From assembly GCF_002854065.1 (NCBI RefSeq), contig NZ_CP024147.1: DNA of 64,000 nucleotides. The stretch is one strand, 5' to 3'. The stretch is from Escherichia coli. Its GTDB lineage: Bacteria > Pseudomonadota > Gammaproteobacteria > Enterobacterales > Enterobacteriaceae. Positions 57,463 to 64,000 of this stretch are shown piece after piece; within the stretch, counting starts at the first letter, position 1; each line of letters begins with the position of its first letter. Under the pieces are notes generated by a model. It was not told where the DNA came from, ran no database searches, and worked only from the letters and a program-made list of their open reading frames with translations. The position numbers were made by a program, and so were the translations under genes.

Positions 57463-60304
57463 CCCGCGATTTCCTGACCCTCTCGGCATATACCGTCAGC
57501 GTCTGTTTTATCACATCCAGCGTTACCGGCTTCGACAGGCAGCTGTCCATACCGGACTCCAGACACCGCTGCTTCTCTTCAGCCAACGCATTAGCAGTTA
57601 CTCCGATTACCGGCAACGTCAGTCCCAACTGACGAATGCGTTGCGTCAAGCGGTAACCATCCATATTTGGCATGTTGACGTCGCTAAGCACGATATCAAT
57701 ATGATTCTTGCTAAGTACATTAAGCGCATCGACGCCATCATTCGCGGTTTTACATTGATAGCCCAACGATCCCAACTGATCTGCCAGCAGACGTCGGTTA
57801 ATCGGATGATCATCCACGACCAGAATCATCATATCGTCATTATCGCTGACCGCTTTGTCCGTCGACGGCAGAGCGTTAGCAGGATCGTCGCTCTCCATCT
57901 CGATCAAATAAATACGCGCCAACAATGCCGGTAGCTCATGCGGAGCAGCCACACTGTGTACCCACTCCCCTGGCGCTTTCTCCAGCGGAATACCAATATG
58001 TCGACGACAGAAGGTCACTACCGCTCTGCCCTGCCATTTTTTACTCACTACCTCGTCAGTGATTAACACATCTTCGGGAGTCGGTTCCTGCCCTTCGTAT
58101 GTTGTAACGACGATGCCGCTGCGCTGCAAACTGGTTTCCAGGAACTGACAGAGCGACGCATTGCGGACCGCCAGCCAGCAGCGTTTACCACTCAGCCCTT
58201 CCACGCCTTTTTTCTGCGGGTACTGAGCGCCGTACAACGGAATACGCACGGTAAACTGGCTGCCCATTCCCGGTTCTGAATCTACCGAGATGTCGCCGTC
58301 CATCATGCTGATCAGTTTTTCACAAATCGCCAGACCCAGACCGGTCCCCTGGAAGTTTCGCTGTACGCCCGTTCCGACCTGGAAGAAGGGATCAAACAAG
58401 CGCACCACTTCTTTCGCCGGAATCCCCACGCCGGTATCGCGAACACGGATAGAGAGATAATCGCCATCAGCGCGGACATGCAAAACTATACAGCCGGTAT
58501 CAGTGAATTTTATGGCGTTACTCAACAGGTTGGAGATGACCTGCTGTAAACGCATCGGGTCGCCATTTAAAGCCACTGGCACATCCGGTTCAATAAAGCA
58601 GTACAAGCCTAACTGCTTGCGTACCACCAGCGGTAAATAGTTGGCGGTGATGTGGTTCATCACTTCACGCGGTGAAAACTCACGCGGTTCGATCTTCAAC
58701 TGTTCCGATTCAATCTTCGAGAAATCGAGAATATCGCTGATAATTTTCAACAACAGGCTGGAAGAGTTGTTCATTGCCGTCACCAGACGATCGACGCCTT
58801 TCGGTAACTCTTTGGTTTGCAACAGATCCAGGTTACCGATAATGCCATACAGCGGCGTTCGCAGCTCATGACTGACGGTGGCAAGGAACATCGATTTTGA
58901 CTGGCTCGCCTGTTCCGCTGCTTGTGCCATCTCCTGCAACGACTCTTCCATCTTCACGCGCGAAGAAACATCCACCAGCACACAAATGGCCACGTTTTCA
59001 TTACGATAGCGCGAATGGACGAAGCTGATTTGCAGATTGGTATTGTTGCTGGTCAGGACATCAACAAAATTGACCTGCTGCCCACAGATAATTTGTGTCA
59101 GCCGTTGGCGGTCCTCATGCGTAAGCATATTGAGATAGGTATGCGCCAGTTCGTTACTTAAAATATTGACGCCATCTGCGGTACGCAAAATACAGATACC
59201 CACTGGCGCGGAGGCGACAATCTTGCGGTTAAACTGCTCATGTTCTTCCAGTCGCAGGGCATCGCTTTCCGCCGGAATGAAAATACGCCGCTCGTACATC
59301 CGCGCGAGAGTAAACAATGCAGCTCCAGCAAGCACATTCAGCAAAATTGCGTTAAGGATCAACATGCGAATGCGTTCCAGCACCTTATCAACCGGCACCG
59401 AATAAACGATGCTTAGCGATGAGGGAGGCAGATTTTTCTTCAGCACCAGCTCCCGGAAACCTTCCGTATAGCCAAACCAGGAGCGTTCCTGCATCCAGCG
59501 AGGATCGCCCTTAATTTTGCTTTCTGGTCCGGTAAGCGAAATCAGGGTATGACCATTTTCATCAAGAATGGTAACCCCCATCGGCAACGTACCCGGTAAG
59601 AAAAAATTCTCCATCCGGATGGTCTGCTCGACACCCAAAAGCGCCTGCAACCTGTTCGCCAGATAAACTGGCGTCAACGCGTAAAAATACCCGACGCCAG
59701 GGCGCGGACCTTCGCTGATCCAGTAGAGGTTACTGCCGCTATCATCTTGTGGTGCATTTCGATATTTATTGATGCGTTCATGCAACGCTTTCAACGCGGT
59801 ATCGCGTTCCACTGGCATATCACGCAGACCGAAATTGGCCATGCAGAGGTTATCGCTGCCGATTAAAAATACCCGGTTGAGATCGTAAGCCGCAGAAAAA
59901 TTATCGCGCCAGTAGCGCATAAACCACGCCAATGACTCCAGAGAACCTCGCCAGGTGTTACTCATTGCGGAACAATCGGAGTCGGCAAACAGCGGTTCAA
60001 ACGCAGGCACATCCGCCTGCGTTTCTCGTCCACGCGGGGAAAGCACACCGTTTTCTGCCGATAAGCGATTTTCAGCGATGTACTTCAGCTCTTTCATCAC
60101 ATCAGAGGTGCGTTGAATAAAGCGCTGAGCCTGATCGGAACTCAGATTAAATTCCTGACGAATTTCCGATTCTCGCTGATGTAACGCATTAACGATGTAA
60201 AAAACGGATGAAAAAGCAATCAACAGCCAGAGCACTAACGCCAATGCTCTGAACATGTAGCGCGAGGCTTTCAGGGTTGTACGAAAAGAAGCAAGGTATT
60301 TCAA
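57455..60304 (-). CDS. rcsC: Hybrid sensor histidine kinase RcsC
   Basis: 949-aa ORF with N-terminal TM/periplasmic domain, HisKA/HATPase core and C-terminal receiver domain. Confidence 0.93.
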   Translation of the reverse strand: MKYLASFRTTLKASRYMFRALALVLWLLIAFSSVFYIVNALHQRESEIRQEFNLSSDQAQRFIQRTSDVMKELKYIAENRLSAENGVLSPRGRETQADVPAFEPLFADSDCSAMSNTWRGSLESLAWFMRYWRDNFSAAYDLNRVFLIGSDNLCMANFGLRDMPVERDTALKALHERINKYRNAPQDDSGSNLYWISEGPRPGVGYFYALTPVYLANRLQALLGVEQTIRMENFFLPGTLPMGVTILDENGHTLISLTGPESKIKGDPRWMQERSWFGYTEGFRELVLKKNLPPSSLSIVYSVPVDKVLERIRMLILNAILLNVLAGAALFTLARMYERRIFIPAESDALRLEEHEQFNRKIVASAPVGICILRTADGVNILSNELAHTYLNMLTHEDRQRLTQIICGQQVNFVDVLTSNNTNLQISFVHSRYRNENVAICVLVDVSSRVKMEESLQEMAQAAEQASQSKSMFLATVSHELRTPLYGIIGNLDLLQTKELPKGVDRLVTAMNNSSSLLLKIISDILDFSKIESEQLKIEPREFSPREVMNHITANYLPLVVRKQLGLYCFIEPDVPVALNGDPMRLQQVISNLLSNAIKFTDTGCIVLHVRADGDYLSIRVRDTGVGIPAKEVVRLFDPFFQVGTGVQRNFQGTGLGLAICEKLISMMDGDISVDSEPGMGSQFTVRIPLYGAQYPQKKGVEGLSGKRCWLAVRNASLCQFLETSLQRSGIVVTTYEGQEPTPEDVLITDEVVSKKWQGRAVVTFCRRHIGIPLEKAPGEWVHSVAAPHELPALLARIYLIEMESDDPANALPSTDKAVSDNDDMMILVVDDHPINRRLLADQLGSLGYQCKTANDGVDALNVLSKNHIDIVLSDVNMPNMDGYRLTQRIRQLGLTLPVIGVTANALAEEKQRCLESGMDSCLSKPVTLDVIKQTLTVYAERVRKSRDS

Positions 60305-60578
60305 AGGGGCGAAGCTCCGCCTCAGGTGACCGATGGAGTGTGGTTAAGGTAGCGGTAAAAGCGTGTTACCGCAATGTTCTGTCACCATTGCAATAATGCG
60401 TATCGCTTAGAAACCATTGCCTTAACCAGGAAAGCCGGAGTAAATGGACAGTTCTCAGTACGAAAAATAAGAAATGACCAATCTGCCGACGCTTGTTAAT
60501 GGTTATATCCTGGCGTCGGCAGATCGCCCAGCAGTCTTATCTGAAAAAAGAAAGAGCCAGGTTGTGTGAAGGGATGGA

Positions 60579-61355
60579 TCACCAGTCAAAACTTTTCACC
60601 AGCGTCAGCTCGCCAGCATTACGCATCGGTACAATAAATTTTTCCTGTTTCTCATTGACCGATCCTTCATCGGTAATCAGCGTCAGTTGGGCGGTGGTTA
60701 ATTCCGTTTCGCTGCGCCCACCATAGTAGTTGATATACACCTGATAGCGCCCGTGAACTGGCGCTGGCATGGCGAAAATCTCGGGTCCGTACCCCGTCGT
60801 GACATCCATATCCAGTGCACCACTGTTTTTCAGCACGGTGTTACCGTACCAGGCGTGTTCGCCATCGGGCGTGACAACATGGAGATCGAGATCGGTATTG
60901 TCCGTATCCCACGAGAGAACCAGCCGTAAACGTGCACGAATCGTTCCTGTACCCGGCGTTGAGTAAAACTGCATTTTTTGTCGGCTTTGCCCATCCGGGC
61001 TGATGACCTGCACGCTGTTGCTGCCTTCAGTGAAAATATAAGGGCGTGCAAATGAACCATCGGATTCAATTCTCTGCGGCATACTGGCACCGTTGACCAC
61101 CAGCCGGCCCTGCTGAGCTTTACCCGCCGCAGCATAATTCTTTATTTTGCCGCGGATCTGCGCTGAGATATTTTGATCATCTGCCATGTTGACGGACGAC
61201 GCCGGGTAATTGATCGATTGTGAAAAACTGGCATCTTCGCCCTCTGCCGGATGCCAGCCTGAGAGCGGTGCGTCAATCTCGACTTCCTGCACACCTTCAC
61301 TGTGAGCGACAGGCGAAAGCGCCACCAGTAACAACAGAAGAAAAATCTTTCGCAT
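60579..61355 (-). CDS. yfaP: Secreted/periplasmic protein of unknown function (DUF2135-like)
   Basis: 258-aa ORF with signal peptide; matches YfaP as recalled; last gene of the yfaS-yfaQ-yfaP string. Confidence 0.8.
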   Translation of the reverse strand: MRKIFLLLLLVALSPVAHSEGVQEVEIDAPLSGWHPAEGEDASFSQSINYPASSVNMADDQNISAQIRGKIKNYAAAGKAQQGRLVVNGASMPQRIESDGSFARPYIFTEGSNSVQVISPDGQSRQKMQFYSTPGTGTIRARLRLVLSWDTDNTDLDLHVVTPDGEHAWYGNTVLKNSGALDMDVTTGYGPEIFAMPAPVHGRYQVYINYYGGRSETELTTAQLTLITDEGSVNEKQEKFIVPMRNAGELTLVKSFDW

Positions 61356-61359
61356 AGCA

Positions 61360-63009
61360 TTAGTCCATTAATAATTGTCGGGTCAGCGTTTCGATATAGT
61401 TCTCATCAAGCCCGGTGGGATAACCATCAAAGGCCAGGTGCAGATACTCATGGGTTAAATCCAGCCGATCCTGAAGCGTAAAGAAGTTACGAATAAACAG
61501 CCGTTTCTGCTGCCGATCGGTATAGGGGAAACCTGAGACTAAACGACAGACCGCAAACACGTCTGGTTCGTTGTACCCCGTCTCGCCTTGTAATATACGC
61601 CGCCACTGCGGCATTTTTTTCGCCAGCCAGGCTTTCGCTTTGGGTAATAACTGACAGGTTGAGCGTGGCGCTCCCCAGCGGCTAAGGCTGTTGTCGGGAT
61701 AAGCAAACGCGAGTATCTGGTCGTAACGCTCTCCCCGCCCCGCCTGGGCCATGGCTTGCCGCCAGGAAAGCGTCCCTTCGGTAGCGCGACTGCCGTGATA
61801 ATGAACCGGATCGCCCGCATAGATGAGATCCTGCGTCCAGGCGGTCATCGTTCGCGCCCCCGTGGTAGCTGGCGAAGCAGAAACACGCTGCGTGGCGCTG
61901 CTGTCGGGGATGGTCAGGCAATCGCCTTCCCGATTGGCGTTTTGCTGTAAAAAAGTGCGAATTGCCACGGTCATGGCTTTCGCTGCCTCAGGGGGCGTAC
62001 TTTTCGCCTCGCGATCCAGAACTCTGGCAACGTACTCTTCACGATCGAGATGCGACTGCAATTTCAGTTTGCCCTTTTCGCTCAGTAAGGTCGTCTCACC
62101 GTGGCTGACAAACGTAATGTGGTTACCATTGGCAAATGTCACACGATAGCGCCCATTAAGTACGCCGGGTTTTACTGACGTCGTACTCTTTTCCGCTGTG
62201 ATTTTCTTCAGCGGATAGCGGGCAAATAGCTCCATCTCTACACATTGCCCACTGGCAACTTGTGTCGGCACTGGCAAAACCCGATTAAGCACCGTCGCAT
62301 AACGGGTCAGTACCGTTTTGCTGGTGCCACTGCCAGTCACCCACAGCGGTGTACCATCGGTTAACCAGCCGGCAAAACCACCCTGACGGATTTCCTGTTT
62401 ATCATCGGCAAACCAGCTCCAGGTTTTCACCCGAACCCGACTACCGAGCATGGATGCGACACCGATTTTCGCCTCGTCCAGCACCACATCCAGTAAGACT
62501 TCCTGAGCTTTGTTTTGCGCAGGTAACGTCGCTAATGAATCAAGCAGCGATTTAACCGTTACCGAGGTTTCTGGCTTCAGCGTAGTAAGAGACGCTAACC
62601 ACGCAGGTGCCTGACGCTGTTGCCAGTATTGCCCCCACACATCTGCGCCAATATGCAACCGCTGCGGCGCAAAATAGAGCCCACAGGAACGTACCAGCGC
62701 GGTATCGCGCGTTATGCTCTCCCCAGCCTGACAACAATAAACCTCTTCCGGGGAGTTTCCGCGACACTGGTAGGGCTGCTCCGGTTGATGGGTATCCTCC
62801 AGCCAGGCGTAAACATACAGTTTCCACAAACTCCCTAACGGCGTGGTGAGCGAGTCAGGTAATGTCGAGGCTTTGGTCACGCCTGATGACGACAGCTGAT
62901 ACAGTTGATCGTGCTGCGCACCACGCAGTGCCAGTTGTAACGGCGTCTCCTCCGCAAGCGTTGGCAGAGTAACCAACGCCAATAGCCAGACGATTCTGCG
63001 CCAGTTCAC
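61360..63009 (-). CDS. yfaQ: Secreted protein of unknown function (DUF2300-like)
   Basis: 549-aa ORF with signal peptide; matches YfaQ as recalled; abuts yfaS stop. Confidence 0.8.
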   Translation of the reverse strand: MNWRRIVWLLALVTLPTLAEETPLQLALRGAQHDQLYQLSSSGVTKASTLPDSLTTPLGSLWKLYVYAWLEDTHQPEQPYQCRGNSPEEVYCCQAGESITRDTALVRSCGLYFAPQRLHIGADVWGQYWQQRQAPAWLASLTTLKPETSVTVKSLLDSLATLPAQNKAQEVLLDVVLDEAKIGVASMLGSRVRVKTWSWFADDKQEIRQGGFAGWLTDGTPLWVTGSGTSKTVLTRYATVLNRVLPVPTQVASGQCVEMELFARYPLKKITAEKSTTSVKPGVLNGRYRVTFANGNHITFVSHGETTLLSEKGKLKLQSHLDREEYVARVLDREAKSTPPEAAKAMTVAIRTFLQQNANREGDCLTIPDSSATQRVSASPATTGARTMTAWTQDLIYAGDPVHYHGSRATEGTLSWRQAMAQAGRGERYDQILAFAYPDNSLSRWGAPRSTCQLLPKAKAWLAKKMPQWRRILQGETGYNEPDVFAVCRLVSGFPYTDRQQKRLFIRNFFTLQDRLDLTHEYLHLAFDGYPTGLDENYIETLTRQLLMD

Positions 63010-64000
63010 TTATTTCACCTGCATCCCGGGCCATTCGCTCCCTGCCGCAACACTTTGCTGCGCAGGTGCATAGGAACGCACATAACGAGCAGGAGGCAGA
63101 ACGAATTGCCCTTTTTGCGAGAAGCGCAGCAAATGGCGGAAAGTGACCGTTCCCGTCAGTTCTTTCACCGGCACCATATAGGCCAGTTCGCCCATTTCAT
63201 TACGCGCTTTTTCCAGCAATTGCCCCTGCTGTTTCGCGGCGTTGGGTTTATTGACTGAAATGCCCCATGTTGTGCGCTCAACGTCGGCTCCCGGCGGGAG
63301 CGGTACTTCCACCTGACCATAGCGCAGAACTGCATCCTGCTCGCTGGTAAGCTTAATTTCATCGAGATACAGCGCATCGCTGTCAATCTCATTGCTGGTC
63401 ACCGGCTGCAGAGTAAAGCTCATCTCTTCTTCACCGGGGATAAGCCGATACAACTGGCGTTCAACGGTCACCGGAATGTTACTTTGTTGAGCCGTTTTTG
63501 CCGGTTCACGCCAGCGGACCTGCACATTTTGCGGCGATAATTCGTCACCAAAAGAGAGAATGTCCGGCACGCCCTGACCAACCCAACGCCAGTATTCGCC
63601 CCCTCCAGTTAACTTATGTTTGGCCCATGCGCCCGCAGGCGCAGGCAACACAACCGAAGGCATTGTCGCCATATATTTCGCCAGCCAGTTCATGGCCAGC
63701 GCGCGCTCAATAGTAGATTGCTCAGCGGTCAAACCACTTAAAATAGCAGCCGCCTGGGTAGCGTCACCACCGCTATTGAGCAGCACAACCGTGTGCGCCA
63801 GCGGCTGATTGCTGTTTGCCGCTTTATCCCACGCATATTGCTGAACCTGAGGCATCACCGTGGACTTCAACTGCGCTTTTTTCAGCAACGTCATGGTTAA
63901 GACGTTTGCCACCGCATCTGCCAGTGGAGATTCCGGTGTATCGAGGATCAGGCTGTCATTGATATCGCGGGGGTCTTCCTCCGAGAAATCTTCAGTTTTA
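63010..64000 (-). CDS. yfaS: Alpha-2-macroglobulin-family protein, C-terminal part only (frame open to window end)
   Basis: Minus-strand frame open from 64000 to the stop at 63010; position directly upstream of yfaQ fits yfaS; the M at 63912 in the ORF track is only an internal GTG. Confidence 0.65.
   Translation of the reverse strand, partial: KTEDFSEEDPRDINDSLILDTPESPLADAVANVLTMTLLKKAQLKSTVMPQVQQYAWDKAANSNQPLAHTVVLLNSGGDATQAAAILSGLTAEQSTIERALAMNWLAKYMATMPSVVLPAPAGAWAKHKLTGGGEYWRWVGQGVPDILSFGDELSPQNVQVRWREPAKTAQQSNIPVTVERQLYRLIPGEEEMSFTLQPVTSNEIDSDALYLDEIKLTSEQDAVLRYGQVEVPLPPGADVERTTWGISVNKPNAAKQQGQLLEKARNEMGELAYMVPVKELTGTVTFRHLLRFSQKGQFVLPPARYVRSYAPAQQSVAAGSEWPGMQVK

Noticed and set aside
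57202-57477. 91-aa ORF with an internally repeated peptide, plus ORFs at 44714-45187, 45082-45300 and 45177-45398
   Set aside because: They lie entirely within the BIME tandem repeats; the repeated peptide is a translation artefact of the DNA repeats.

Overview
This window reads as a colinear stretch of Escherichia coli core chromosome, running from psuG through the fru, yei, yej, ccm/nap, ada/alkB, ompC/micF and rcs loci to yfaS. Calls rest on reading the supplied ORF translations against protein sequences and gene order recalled from memory; no database search was run. I call about 50 protein-coding genes (two partial at the window edges), one tRNA (proL), one sRNA (micF), several intrinsic terminators, a few recognisable operator motifs (Cra, Ada box, NarL/NarP 7-2-7, putative FNR, OmpR region) and two tandem REP/BIME arrays. 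I found no CRISPR array, insertion sequence, integrase or prophage. I see no convincing evidence for a previously undescribed system. The most interesting observations are three apparent differences from the K-12 reference as I recall it: no IS5 between yejO and narP (yejO intact), no ato locus between rcsC and yfaP, and a longer ompC allele. Other leads are the poorly characterised yfaS-yfaQ-yfaP operon, the tRNA-flanked yejO autotransporter, and a few unexplained palindromes.
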